A DNA stretch of 64,000 nt from an uncultured Actinomycetes bacterium (GTDB taxonomy: Bacteria > Actinomycetota > Thermoleophilia > Gaiellales > JAICJC01). This document shows positions 1-9,708 of the stretch, piece after piece. The stretch covers positions 140,425-204,424 of the forward strand of contig CAVPTL010000009.1 of NCBI GenBank assembly GCA_963708725.1, read 5' to 3'. The notes beneath the pieces are model-generated. The model was not told the DNA's origin, did not search any database, and worked only from the letters and a program-made list of their open reading frames with translations. Made by a program: the position numbers and the translations under genes. Position 1 is the first letter of the stretch. Each line of letters opens with the position of its first letter.

Positions 1-1440
1 GCCGCGATCGGGTTCGAGAACGCGTGTTGGCGCATGGGCGTCGTGGATCCAGACGCGCTGGCACTCTTGACCGAGGCATCGGCGCGGCTCGATCCGCGCG
101 ACTCGTCGCTGCGCGTGATGGTGGTGAGCGGCACGGCGCGGGCGCTGGCCTTCCACGGCGAGCACGAACGCAGCGCCGCGGCCCGCCACGAGGCCGTGGC
201 GATGGCACGGAGGCTGGGCGATCGGACTGCTCTGGCCAAGGTCACGATGCGCGCCTACTGGGCCCGTGGAACCAGCACCCTCGAGGAGATCCTCGAGATG
301 CTCGACGAGTCGCTGCGGCTGGCCGCCGAGCTGGGAGACATCGAGACTCAGGCCGAGGCGCGCGAGTGGCGGATCGCCGCGTTGATCGCAACCGGCGAGA
401 TCGAGACCGCCCGTCACGAGCTGGCTGTCGTCTCGGAGGTGGCCGCACAGATCGGGCAGCCGTTCATCCTGCATGTCGCCGAGCACTACCGCGCGACCAT
501 CGAGCTTTGCAGCGGCCGGCTGGCCGAGGCAGAAGCGGCCGCCGACAGGTCGCACGAGTGGGGTAGCCTGCTCACCGGTCGCGACTCGACAGGCCCCTAC
601 GGAGTACAGATGTTCAGCATCCGGCGCGAGCAGGGCCGCCTGGCCGAGCTTGCTCCGGTGGTGAGAATTCTCGCCGGCGGCGAACGTGAGGGCGGCGCCT
701 GGGCACCCGGCCTCGCGGCGCTTTTGGCCGAGCTCGAGATGTTCGACGAGGCCCGCCGGGAGCTCGACGAGATCCGCCGCCGCGGTCTCGATGAGCTACG
801 CCCGGCCTTGTGGCTTGCCTCACTCACATATCTCACCGACGCCAGTTACGCCGTCGGGGATTCGCAGATGGCCGGCGAGCTCTATCCAGCGCTCGAACGT
901 CACGCGGGCGAGGTGGTGACCATCGGACACGGCGTTGCCTGTTACGGCTCGGCCGACCGTTACCTCGGGATGGCGGCCGCGACCGCCGGCGACCCCGAGC
1001 TGGCGGCTCGCCACCTCGAGGTCGCGATGCGGGTCAACGGCCGGATGGGCGCCCGCACCTGGCTCGCCCACACGGCGTACGTCTACGGGCGGTTGCTGCT
1101 GGGCTCTGACCCGGACCGGGCCGCAGATTTGCTGCGGACAGCATCGACGCTGGCGACCCAGGTGGGGATGCCGTCGTTGCGGATCAGGATCGCCACCGCC
1201 GGTGCTCCCACAGCCACCTCTGCGCTTCCGGACGATCTCTCGCCGCGCGAGGTGCAGATCCTGGCCCAGGTGGCCCAGGGGCTCTCGAACCGCGAGATCG
1301 GTGAGGCCATGGTCATCAGCCAGCACACGGTTGCAAACCATGTGCGCAGCATCCTGCGTAAGACCGGATGTGCAAACCGCACGGAAGCCGGCGCCTACGC
1401 ATTTGAAAATGGACTCGCGGTCGGCCGTCGGCGGGACTAG
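1..1440 (+). CDS. LuxR-family transcriptional regulator, C-terminal part (helical/TPR-like region + LuxR HTH); 5' end is upstream of the window
   Basis: Frame is open from nt 1 into listed ORF 34..1440. C-terminus 'LSPREVQILAQVAQGLSNREIGEAMVISQHTVANHVRSILRKTG' is a classic LuxR/FixJ HTH. The preceding repetitive helical region resembles MalT/AfsR-type large regulators. Confidence 0.8.
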   Translation, partial: AAIGFENACWRMGVVDPDALALLTEASARLDPRDSSLRVMVVSGTARALAFHGEHERSAAARHEAVAMARRLGDRTALAKVTMRAYWARGTSTLEEILEMLDESLRLAAELGDIETQAEAREWRIAALIATGEIETARHELAVVSEVAAQIGQPFILHVAEHYRATIELCSGRLAEAEAAADRSHEWGSLLTGRDSTGPYGVQMFSIRREQGRLAELAPVVRILAGGEREGGAWAPGLAALLAELEMFDEARRELDEIRRRGLDELRPALWLASLTYLTDASYAVGDSQMAGELYPALERHAGEVVTIGHGVACYGSADRYLGMAAATAGDPELAARHLEVAMRVNGRMGARTWLAHTAYVYGRLLLGSDPDRAADLLRTASTLATQVGMPSLRIRIATAGAPTATSALPDDLSPREVQILAQVAQGLSNREIGEAMVISQHTVANHVRSILRKTGCANRTEAGAYAFENGLAVGRRRD

Positions 1441-1452
1441 GATGGGAGGGCC

Positions 1453-1710
1453 ATGCCGCTCTATGTGATTGAACGGACGTTCGCAGAGCAGCTCGACCTG
1501 GGCGTCGAGGACGTCAGATTGATCGAGGACGTCAACGCCGACGAGGGCGTGCGTTGGCTGTTCTCGTTCCTGAGCGCCGATCGGCGTCGTTCGTACTGCC
1601 TGTACGAGGCGCCGTCGCCTGACGAGATCGTGACCGCCGCACAGCGTGCAAACGTCCCGCTGGACAAGATCGTCGAGGTCGAGAAGTTCGACCCTCAGCT
1701 GATGCGCTGA
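1453..1710 (+). CDS. DUF4242-family small protein
   Basis: 85-aa ORF 12 nt after the LuxR stop. 'MPLYVIERTF...SYCLYEAPSPDEIV...VEV' fits my recollection of DUF4242 proteins. Confidence 0.6.
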   Translation: MPLYVIERTFAEQLDLGVEDVRLIEDVNADEGVRWLFSFLSADRRRSYCLYEAPSPDEIVTAAQRANVPLDKIVEVEKFDPQLMR

Positions 1711-1779
1711 GGGCGGTCATCGGGAAATACCAACTATCCCTACCGGCATACTGAGCTTTGTGCTACCTTGGGAGAGCAA

Positions 1780-2646
1780 ATGGCCACGCCGACCCTTTCG
1801 TATCTGATCTGCTCGACGCCCCGAAGCGGCAGCACCCTTCTGTGCGAGGCACTCACCAACACCGGCGTCGCGGGCAATCCGGAGGAGTACTACCAGCATC
1901 GCCGCAAGACCGGGATGCCGCGGCGGCCGCTCGAGTATTTCGAGGACGTCGAGACGCCAGAGATCGATGCGATCCTCGGCGCCTACACCCGGGTCGACGA
2001 CGAGGTCAGCCTGTTCGATCCGCGCCGGTATACCACCTACCGTGAGTACATCGATTGGACGATCCAGCGGGCGACAACGCCCAACGGTGTGTTCGGGGCC
2101 AAGGTCATGTGGGGCTACTTCAACGGCTTCGTCGACAGCCTCCGCGACATGAACAACAATGCCGTTCAGTCGACCCGCCAGGTGTGTGAGCAGACGTTCC
2201 CGAATCTGTCGCTGTGGGTGTTCGTGACCCGTCAGGACAAGGTCAGTCAGGCGGTTTCGCTGTGGAAGGCGATCCAGAACTGGACGTGGAAGCGCGACGA
2301 GGGAGACGGCGGGTTGATCTCCCACGATCTCCACTACAACTTTGAGGCCATCAAGCACCTGGTGGCCCAGCTCGAGCTGCACGATCGCGAGTGGATGCAG
2401 TTCTTCGCCGCCAGCGGCCTCGCTCCCCACGTGGTCGTGTACGAGCACCTCGCCAAGAACTACGAGCAGACCGCGATCGACATTGTTCACTCCCTCGGGG
2501 TTCAGGAGTCGGCCGAGCCGGTGTTTGCGCAACGCCGGATGACGCGCCAGGCCGATGCGCTCAACCAGGAGTGGATCGAGCGATTCCACACTGACCTCGA
2601 GTCCGCCCGGACAAAGGGCGCTCTACCGTCTCTCGACGCCGTCTAG
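1780..2646 (+). CDS. Stf0-type sulfotransferase (trehalose 2-sulfotransferase family)
   Basis: N-terminal 'YLICSTPRSGSTLLCEALTNTGVAGNPEEYY' is the Stf0 PAPS-binding signature. ATG 1780 is preceded by GGAGAG. The track ORF starts at TTG 1768, so the start is uncertain by 12 nt. Confidence 0.75.
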   Translation: MATPTLSYLICSTPRSGSTLLCEALTNTGVAGNPEEYYQHRRKTGMPRRPLEYFEDVETPEIDAILGAYTRVDDEVSLFDPRRYTTYREYIDWTIQRATTPNGVFGAKVMWGYFNGFVDSLRDMNNNAVQSTRQVCEQTFPNLSLWVFVTRQDKVSQAVSLWKAIQNWTWKRDEGDGGLISHDLHYNFEAIKHLVAQLELHDREWMQFFAASGLAPHVVVYEHLAKNYEQTAIDIVHSLGVQESAEPVFAQRRMTRQADALNQEWIERFHTDLESARTKGALPSLDAV

Positions 2647-2656
2647 CCTGCGCCTC

Positions 2657-3952
2657 GTGAACCGTCCGAACATCCTCTATCTGCATTCGCATGACACGGG
2701 TCGCTATGTGCAGCCCTACGGCCACGCGATCCCGACCCCGCGGATCCAGGGGCTCGCCCAGGACGGCATGCTGTTTCGCAAGGCGTTCTGCGCCGCGTCG
2801 ACCTGCTCGGCCAGCCGCGCGTGTCTCTTGACCGGGCAGTACGCCCACTCAAACGGGATGATGGGCCTCGCCCACCGCGGCTGGTCGCTGAACGACTACA
2901 GCCACCACATGGTGCACACGCTGCACGACGCCGGGTACCACTCGACGCTCGTCGGCGAGCAGCACATCTCGAAGCGACCCGACGAGATCGGCTATGACAA
3001 CGTGGTCAAGATCGACACGTCGCGGGTCGACGACGTCGCCCCGGTCGCGATCGATCTGCTGCGCGACGCACCGGCCGAGCCGTTCTTCATGTCCATCGGG
3101 TTCTTCGAGACCCACCGGGAGTTCTTCGAGCCGCTGAAGGGCGACGAGCACTACATCCGGCCGCCCGCGCACCTGCCCGACGTGCCCGAGACGCGCCGCG
3201 ACATGGCGGCGTTCGTCGCCAGCGCGCGGTCGCTTGACCGTGGCGTGGGGGCGGTGCTCGACGCGCTCGATCGCTATGGCCACGGTGGCAATACGCTGGT
3301 GATCTGTACAACCGACCACGGCATCGCCTTCCCCGGGGCCAAGGCCACGATGACCGATCGCGGGATCGGGGTGATGTTGATCATGCGCGGGCCGGGCGGG
3401 TTCCTCGGCGGCAAGGCGTCCGACGCACTGGTCTCGCACATCGACGTCTTCCCAACCCTTTGTGAACTCCTGGAGATCGACCGTCCGCCGTGGCTCCAGG
3501 GGCTCTCGCTGATGCCGGTGGTGCGCGGTGAGACCGAACAGATCCGCGAGGCGATCTTCGCCGAGGGCACCTATCACGCGGCGTACGAACCGCAGCGATG
3601 CGTGCGGACGTCGCGCTTCAAATACGTGCGCCGGTTTGATCCCAGTGACCGTCCGGTGCTGGCCAATGTGGACGACAGCCCGTCGAAGGACGTGTGGATC
3701 GCCGCAGGCTGGCCGCAGAACCTGCTCGACGAGGAGCAGGTGTACGACCTGATCCTCGATCCCAACGAGGCCGTGAACCGGTTCGGCGACCCCGAACTCG
3801 AATCGGTGACCGATGACCTGCGACGTCGCCTCGAGATCTGGATGCGGGCCACCGACGACCCGCTGCTCGACGGACCGATTCCTCCGCCGCCCGGCGCCGT
3901 GTACAACGCCGTCGACTCGATATCGGCGGGCGAACCCACGCTTCGGGGCTAG
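2657..3952 (+). CDS. Sulfatase-family protein (formylglycine-dependent type)
   Basis: 'NILYLHSHDTG', 'STCSASRACLLTGQY' (C-x-A-x-R formylglycine motif) and 'TTDHG' are sulfatase hallmarks. In-frame GTG at 2657 lies 11 nt after the sulfotransferase stop. The track ORF start at 2555 would overlap the upstream gene. Confidence 0.8.
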   Translation: MNRPNILYLHSHDTGRYVQPYGHAIPTPRIQGLAQDGMLFRKAFCAASTCSASRACLLTGQYAHSNGMMGLAHRGWSLNDYSHHMVHTLHDAGYHSTLVGEQHISKRPDEIGYDNVVKIDTSRVDDVAPVAIDLLRDAPAEPFFMSIGFFETHREFFEPLKGDEHYIRPPAHLPDVPETRRDMAAFVASARSLDRGVGAVLDALDRYGHGGNTLVICTTDHGIAFPGAKATMTDRGIGVMLIMRGPGGFLGGKASDALVSHIDVFPTLCELLEIDRPPWLQGLSLMPVVRGETEQIREAIFAEGTYHAAYEPQRCVRTSRFKYVRRFDPSDRPVLANVDDSPSKDVWIAAGWPQNLLDEEQVYDLILDPNEAVNRFGDPELESVTDDLRRRLEIWMRATDDPLLDGPIPPPPGAVYNAVDSISAGEPTLRG

Positions 3953-4638
3953 ATCATCCGCTCCAGGCCGGAATCGCCATCGTCGTTCTCTCGCGCCCGC
4001 TGAAGCAGCGCGTCGAGCGATGACAGAAACCGGGTTGCGAGCTCTCCGTCATCGTCGTCGGTCGCGGCCACCGAGGCGGCGATGCTTGCCACCAGCCGCA
4101 TACGTGGATCGCCGGAGTCAAGCGCGCTCGATGCGGCTCGCGCCCGACGCATCAGCTCGAGCGCGATCGCGGCCTGATGCCCAAACAATCCAAGCAACTC
4201 CGACTCCTCGAGCGAGAATCGCGACTGCTCCGGGCGGTCGAGTACCTCCAGCACTCCGAGGCAGCGCTCCTCGTGAAGCAGCGGGACGGCCATGATGCCC
4301 TTGGGCACATAGCCGGTGTCCCCTGCGAATCGGCTGGAGAAGCGGGGGTCCTGCGCCACATCGTCGAGCACGAGCGATTGGCGGGTGACCAGCACCCAGC
4401 CGGCGATTCCGGTACTGGAGGGAAATCGGCGCCCGACCAGCGTGTCCTCGCCCTCGCCGGTGACCGCCTCGAACACCAGCTCATCGGTGGCGTCGTCCAG
4501 CAGCAGAACGCTCGCTGCACGGGCGTGGAAGATCGCGCAGGCGACCGTGACGATCGATTTCAGGAGCGCTCGGTGGGTCTCGTCACCGGCGAGCGCCCCG
4601 GCCGCGATCGCCGCCTGGAGGTCGGATCGCTCGCTCAT
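3949..4638 (-). CDS. GAF domain-containing protein
   Basis: 'ASVLLLDDATDELVFEAVTGEG...GIAGWVLVTRQSLVLDDVAQDPRF...MAVPLLHEERCLGVLEVLD' is a typical GAF fold signature. ATG at 4638 overlaps the stop of the upstream S8 gene (ATGA). The stop overlaps the sulfatase stop region. Confidence 0.75.
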   Translation of the reverse strand: MSERSDLQAAIAAGALAGDETHRALLKSIVTVACAIFHARAASVLLLDDATDELVFEAVTGEGEDTLVGRRFPSSTGIAGWVLVTRQSLVLDDVAQDPRFSSRFAGDTGYVPKGIMAVPLLHEERCLGVLEVLDRPEQSRFSLEESELLGLFGHQAAIALELMRRARAASSALDSGDPRMRLVASIAASVAATDDDDGELATRFLSSLDALLQRARENDDGDSGLERMI

Positions 4639-5441
4639 GCCACGTCCTTTGCGTTGTTTGCCGTCATACCGAGGAGCGTCTTTACCTCGAACGGGGTCAG
4701 CTCGGGATGCTTGGAGAGGATCAGTGCGCAAATCCCGGAGATGTGGGGTGTGGCGAAGCTGTTGCCGGTCGATCGCAGCCGCCCCCCGTCCATCCACGCC
4801 ACCTCGACGTCGACCCCGCGTGCGTAGAACTCCACGGGTGGCTGGGGGTTTCGGTACCAGGCTAGCGGGTCGGCCTGGTCGTGCGAGGCCACCGAAATCA
4901 CGGACGAGAACCGCCAGGGATAGCTTCGCACCGGCATGTTGTGCGCCGAGGCGACGATGATGGATCGCCTGAAGTAGGCGAGATCGGCGAGGTCGTGGAG
5001 CTCACCGACGAACCGGCGCTTGGTGGTCGAAAGGCTCATGTTGATCACCTGGTAGCCCTGGTCGATGGCCCACCTCAGCCCGGCCACCAGCACCGGCCCG
5101 CTACCGACGAACCCCTCTCCAAGCACTCGCACGCTCACGAGCTCGCAGTCGGGCGCGATCGAGCGGATGATCCCGGCGCAGGCACTGCCGTGGCCGCACA
5201 CGTCGCCGTCGAGATCTTCGGTCACGATCGCCTGATCGTCGTCGGTCACGCTGATCGTGACCGCTCGGGCGACGTCGCCGACGAGCGGATGGCCGCTCTC
5301 GATTCCGCTATCGACCACGCATACCGTGACACCGGCTCCGGTTGAACCGCCCACCGCCCATTCACGCGTCACACGCTCGGGCCATACGTGAGCGCCCGCG
5401 AGTGAGCCCGCGTCGCTTCCCGCAACGGCGTGAGCCGGCAT
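4635..5441 (-). CDS. S8 (subtilisin-like) serine peptidase, no signal peptide seen
   Basis: Catalytic triad motifs 'VCVVDSGI' (Asp), 'GHGSACAGII' (His) and 'GNSFATPHISG' (Ser). Start is ambiguous: ATG 5441 (chosen) or GTG 5531. Confidence 0.75.
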   Translation of the reverse strand: MPAHAVAGSDAGSLAGAHVWPERVTREWAVGGSTGAGVTVCVVDSGIESGHPLVGDVARAVTISVTDDDQAIVTEDLDGDVCGHGSACAGIIRSIAPDCELVSVRVLGEGFVGSGPVLVAGLRWAIDQGYQVINMSLSTTKRRFVGELHDLADLAYFRRSIIVASAHNMPVRSYPWRFSSVISVASHDQADPLAWYRNPQPPVEFYARGVDVEVAWMDGGRLRSTGNSFATPHISGICALILSKHPELTPFEVKTLLGMTANNAKDVA

Positions 5442-5566
5442 CTCCTCGTTGGCTGGAGCCTCGTCTGCCACACGGCGATCGTACCCCACGACCGTTCTCA
5501 CCCAGATCGTCGGGCTGACCGGTGCCAACACTAGTGTTGGGTTGTTCGTCTTTCAACGGAGGATCC

Positions 5567-6244
5567 ATGCAACCAGAACTCCCCAAACGGCTGATGGCCG
5601 AAGCCATAGGCACGTTTGGATTCTTCTTCATCGGATTTTGTGGAATCGCCGCGGCGGTGACTCAAGGTCCGGCTGCGATCCAATCAATCGGTATCGCGGT
5701 TGGCTTCGGCTTTGGCCTCGGACTCATGATCTTCGCGTTCGGGCACATCTCGGGCGGTCACTACAACCCGGCCGTGTCGGCGGGGCTGGCCGCGGCCAAT
5801 CGGTTTCCGCGTGAGGAGGTCGTCCCGTACTGGGGAGCCCAGCTCGCCGGTGGCTTCGTCGCAGCCCTCGCGGTGCGCGTCATCTTCAGCCACTTCGTGG
5901 TGGAGCAAACGGTCAATGCTCCGGGAGCTGGGATCACCGGCTTCAAGGCGCTGGTGTTGGAGACCATCCTCACATTCCTGTTCGTGTTGGTGATCTGCAC
6001 TGTGGCGACCGACGAGCGGGCGCCATGGAAGGGCGTGTTCGCGCCATTTGCCATCGGCCTGTTCATCTTCGTCGCGGCGACCACCGTGGGGCCGCTCAGC
6101 GGCGGCTCGTTCAACCCGGCCCGTTCGATCGATCCCGCCATTGTCGCGCTGCATCTTGGCGACCTGTGGATCTACATCATCGGCCCGCTGGTTGGCGGCA
6201 TCCTGGGCGGATTGGTGCACGCGTACTTCCGCGAAGAGGCGTAG
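5567..6244 (+). CDS. MIP/aquaporin-family channel
   Basis: Two NPA boxes ('HYNPAVS', 'SFNPARS') and six hydrophobic segments. ATG 5567 is preceded by GGAGGA. Confidence 0.85.
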   Translation: MQPELPKRLMAEAIGTFGFFFIGFCGIAAAVTQGPAAIQSIGIAVGFGFGLGLMIFAFGHISGGHYNPAVSAGLAAANRFPREEVVPYWGAQLAGGFVAALAVRVIFSHFVVEQTVNAPGAGITGFKALVLETILTFLFVLVICTVATDERAPWKGVFAPFAIGLFIFVAATTVGPLSGGSFNPARSIDPAIVALHLGDLWIYIIGPLVGGILGGLVHAYFREEA

Positions 6245-6256
6245 GCGGCGTGTCTC

Positions 6257-6292
6257 GACGCGCGGTGTGGCCCTGGGGTCGCGCCGCGCGTC
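6257..6292. terminator. Possible bidirectional hairpin between convergent genes
   Basis: GACGCGCGG ... CCGCGCGTC 9-bp inverted repeat with an 18-nt loop, between the aquaporin stop (6244) and the amine oxidase stop (6291). No U-tract. Confidence 0.25.
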
Positions 6293-8213
6293 AGGCGCGG
6301 TGGTTACAGCCGATCGGCGGGAGCGGCGCATCGAGCGTGGGATTGCGATCGAAGAACCCGTCGGGCTTGAGCATGAACCCGATCTTTGCGACCGGCATGA
6401 TCGGCCAATCCTCGAGGCGAGCGACGTGGTGGCTGCAGAACGTGTACCAGACGACCAGGTCCTCGTTTTCGATCGATCGGTCGTTTCGAACCCACTGCGT
6501 CAGCCCATCGTTGTCGGATGACTGGTTGGGATATTCGCCGGCCGGGTAGCGCTCGTCCGCCCGAAACGGCGTCACCCACAGGTGGCGGGTGATGAACCCC
6601 GCGCGGCGGATCAACGACGAGTCGTCGTGCGCGAAGGGCAACGTGTTTTCGCCCGGCACCAGCCGGTAGGCCACCGGCTCCCCCACGGCGTTGGTGCGGT
6701 TGGGGTTGGTGATCTTCCAGCTGCGCGCGCTGAACGGATCGACCAGACGCTGAGCCTCCGACTCGGTCACGAGCGGCCGCGAGCGCGCGACGAACGCGTT
6801 TCGGTGGGGGTTGATCTCGTCGGGCGCGGTCTCGGTGTGGACCTCGACCACGGTGTTCTGCGGGCCGTCGACACACATGTCGAGGCGCACGTTGAAGAAA
6901 TGCTGATGGTGTGAGGCCACCACCCCCGGGGATACCAGGCGTCCGTACTGAGGTTGCTCGCCGGGCTCGATCGCCGAGGTCAGCAGGATGCCGGTGAGCT
7001 TGGCCTCGACCTCGATCGTGCCGTCCTGGTAGAAGTGCCAGTAGAACGCGTATTCGTAGTTTCCGACCGTGATCACCGAGGAGATCACGAGCCGGCGCGA
7101 GCGGCGCATGTCGACCCGAAGCGTGGTCGGATCGGTGTGTTTCCACAGGATCCCCGTGTCCTCCTCGTGCATGCAGATCGCGTTGGGGAGGGTGTGTACC
7201 TCGCCGGCGGACGTGCACAGCGGCACGTCGAAGTAGTGGATGTACCCGACGCAGTCGCAGCCCAGCTCGAGCGCGTTGGTCAGGGGCCCTGCGCCGTATT
7301 CGCCCAGGTCAAACGCGTTCTTGCGGTACCCGCCCGGCGTTCCGTCACCGTAGGGGATCACCAGCTCGGCGAATGACGCCCGATGGATCACCGGCCGGAT
7401 CCGGTCGCCGTCCTCGAAGCCGATGGTGTGGAGCACGAGCCCCTCTCGAGGAGTGAAGCCGACCCGCAGCCGCCAGCGTTGCCACGACACCTCCCAGCCG
7501 TCGACCGTGAAGCTTGGTCCTTCGGGCTGTGTGATCTCGAGCGGCCGCAGATCGGTGCGGGGCGCGCCGATTGCCTCGGGCCGATAGTCGCCGCTTGCCT
7601 GGGGCATCGTGGTTGCGCCGTGATCCTCGATTCGCACCACCTGCATGGTGTGGAGGTCGACGATCGCGTAGAGGCCTTCGATCGGGTGTGCGTAGGGATT
7701 GTCCTCGGGGTGGTGGCGAAGCCACGTGGGTGTCCAGACCAGCCGGCGGTCGTCTTCGCTGGGGTCGCCGAACCCTCCGAGGCCCCAGGCTTCGACCGTG
7801 ACCAGGTCGAAATCGGTGATCCCGCGGGCTTCGAGTGCCGCTCGGTAACCCGGGTCGGCACGCACGAGCTGCTCGCACTCGAGGTACTCCTCGACCGTGA
7901 TCGCAGCCTGCACGCCCGGGATCACGGTCACCTCGGTGACCGCGGCGGCGGTGAGATCGACCCGCGCCTCGAGTGTGGACTGTCCCACCGGATCGGCGAG
8001 CACCACGTTGGCGCGGCGTTCGATTGGCGTGCCGGGCCGGTATGCGGCCACGTCGTGCTTGGACGGCTCGTCCAGCGCAATCGTCACGAACCTGACCCGA
8101 TCGGGAACGGCCGGCTCGGCGCGCAGCAGCGACACCACCGCCGCAAGCTCGGTGGCGGTCAATGGATCGAGCGGGTGGGTGACCGTTTCGTCGGTCTGGA
8201 CGGGAACTGCCAT
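6291..8213 (-). CDS. Copper amine oxidase (primary-amine oxidase), paralogue 1
   Basis: TPQ consensus 'GNYEYAFYWHFYQDG', Cu-ligand region 'SHHQHFFNVRLD' and N-terminal 'HPLDPLTATE'. 640 aa. Confidence 0.9.
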   Translation of the reverse strand: MAVPVQTDETVTHPLDPLTATELAAVVSLLRAEPAVPDRVRFVTIALDEPSKHDVAAYRPGTPIERRANVVLADPVGQSTLEARVDLTAAAVTEVTVIPGVQAAITVEEYLECEQLVRADPGYRAALEARGITDFDLVTVEAWGLGGFGDPSEDDRRLVWTPTWLRHHPEDNPYAHPIEGLYAIVDLHTMQVVRIEDHGATTMPQASGDYRPEAIGAPRTDLRPLEITQPEGPSFTVDGWEVSWQRWRLRVGFTPREGLVLHTIGFEDGDRIRPVIHRASFAELVIPYGDGTPGGYRKNAFDLGEYGAGPLTNALELGCDCVGYIHYFDVPLCTSAGEVHTLPNAICMHEEDTGILWKHTDPTTLRVDMRRSRRLVISSVITVGNYEYAFYWHFYQDGTIEVEAKLTGILLTSAIEPGEQPQYGRLVSPGVVASHHQHFFNVRLDMCVDGPQNTVVEVHTETAPDEINPHRNAFVARSRPLVTESEAQRLVDPFSARSWKITNPNRTNAVGEPVAYRLVPGENTLPFAHDDSSLIRRAGFITRHLWVTPFRADERYPAGEYPNQSSDNDGLTQWVRNDRSIENEDLVVWYTFCSHHVARLEDWPIMPVAKIGFMLKPDGFFDRNPTLDAPLPPIGCNHRA

Positions 8214-8272
8214 ACGGTGACCGCAATCCTATCCCGGTTTCCAATGCCCTTGAAGCAGATCTCCCATACAGT

Positions 8273-9529
8273 GTGGCCGTGTCTGAAGACCCGTTGTATG
8301 CGGCACGCCGAGCCAGGAGAGCCGAGCGCCGGCGGCAGATCCAGCGCCGACGCCGAATTGCGTTTGGGGCGGTCGTCGTCGTGCTCGCGGTTGCGGGCTA
8401 CGCCTTTGCCGGCCGCGGGGGTGGATCGAACGATGCCGCAACCACTCTCCACTCGTCGGGCACCGGCGGTGGCAGCGGCACCGGGACGGGAACGGGAACC
8501 GGTTCAACCACGCCCTCGAGCTCGGGTGGTACCACCGCGTCGAGCACCACCAAGAAGACCACCAAGCCGCCCCCGGCGGGCGATTTCACGATGACCGCCG
8601 TCGGCGACACGATGCTTGGGAACACGCCGGATCTGCCTCCCAGCCCATCGACCTACTTCTCGTCGGTCGAGACCCCGCTGCGCCAGGGGGCACAGGTGGT
8701 GTTCGGAAACCTCGAGGGCACGCTCACCGACGCGACCGCCGGCAAGTGCGGGTCGAACTCGACCAACTGCTACCAGTTTCACGCTCCGCCGTCGTTTGCG
8801 GGCGACCTGAAAGACGCCGGCTTCACGATCATGAACAACGCCAACAATCACTCCTACGACTTCGGTCCGGTGGGACAGGCCCAGACGGTGCATGCGCTGC
8901 ACTCGGCGGGGCTGGCGCAGACCGGTCTACCGGGTCAGATCACCGTGGTTCACGCCAACGGCATCAGGGTGGCCTATCTCGGGTTTGCCCCGTACTCCGA
9001 CACCGCGAGCCTGACCGACATCCCGGCGGCCCAGACGCTGATCCGAAAAGCCGCGACCGAGGCGGATGTGGTGGTGGTCTACATGCACGCGGGCGCGGAG
9101 GGCACGCAATACCAGCACGTCACCGGCCAGGAGGAGATCTATTTCGGCGAGGACCGGGGTAATCCCGAGGCGTTTGCGCATGCCGCCATCGACGCCGGCG
9201 CCGACCTGGTGATCGCCAGTGGGCCCCATGTGGTGCGGGGCATGCAGTTCTACCACCACCACCTGATCGCCTACAGCCTGGGGAACTTCGCGGGGTACTC
9301 GAACTATGAGATCGGCGGGGATCTCGGCGTAAGTTGTATTCTACGAGTGAAGTTGACCGGCGCGGGAGATTTCGTGTCGGCCAATATCACTCCGGTGGAG
9401 CTGGTCGGCAAGGGCCAACCGGTTCCAGGTGGGTCGGCGATTTCCGAAATCGCTGCCCTTTCAAAAGACGATTTTGGCGGGCGAGCCGCGACCATCTCCA
9501 CAGATGGTGAGGTGACTCCTCCGTCATGA
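8273..9529 (+). CDS. CapA-family (metallophosphatase-like) membrane-anchored protein
   Basis: 'MTAVGDTMLGN', 'NNANNHSYDFG' and 'VVVVYMHAGAEG' are CapA/PGA-synthesis family motifs. N-terminal Arg-rich tail + TM + Gly/Thr/Ser linker. GTG start. Confidence 0.75.
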   Translation: MAVSEDPLYAARRARRAERRRQIQRRRRIAFGAVVVVLAVAGYAFAGRGGGSNDAATTLHSSGTGGGSGTGTGTGTGSTTPSSSGGTTASSTTKKTTKPPPAGDFTMTAVGDTMLGNTPDLPPSPSTYFSSVETPLRQGAQVVFGNLEGTLTDATAGKCGSNSTNCYQFHAPPSFAGDLKDAGFTIMNNANNHSYDFGPVGQAQTVHALHSAGLAQTGLPGQITVVHANGIRVAYLGFAPYSDTASLTDIPAAQTLIRKAATEADVVVVYMHAGAEGTQYQHVTGQEEIYFGEDRGNPEAFAHAAIDAGADLVIASGPHVVRGMQFYHHHLIAYSLGNFAGYSNYEIGGDLGVSCILRVKLTGAGDFVSANITPVELVGKGQPVPGGSAISEIAALSKDDFGGRAATISTDGEVTPPS

Positions 9530-9708
9530 GTGAAACCTGCCGCGCGCGGGAATAGAACCTGTGTGGACGGCGTTTTAAAGAGTGTTTGGTAGGGGTCAGG
9601 CGCCGATTTGGGTGGAATTCTTCAGATGGAGGCGCCGAAACAAAGAGGTCCCGTCGCGGTGAATGCAACCGATACCGGTGCCGCGCGAGAAGAGAGACGA
9701 GGAAGAGA

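Noticed and set aside
8455-8530. Short GGC/ACC/GGN periodicity (Gly-Thr-Gly-Ser repeats) inside the CapA-like gene.
   Set aside because: This is a low-complexity linker-coding sequence between the TM anchor and the catalytic domain, not an independent repeat element or array.
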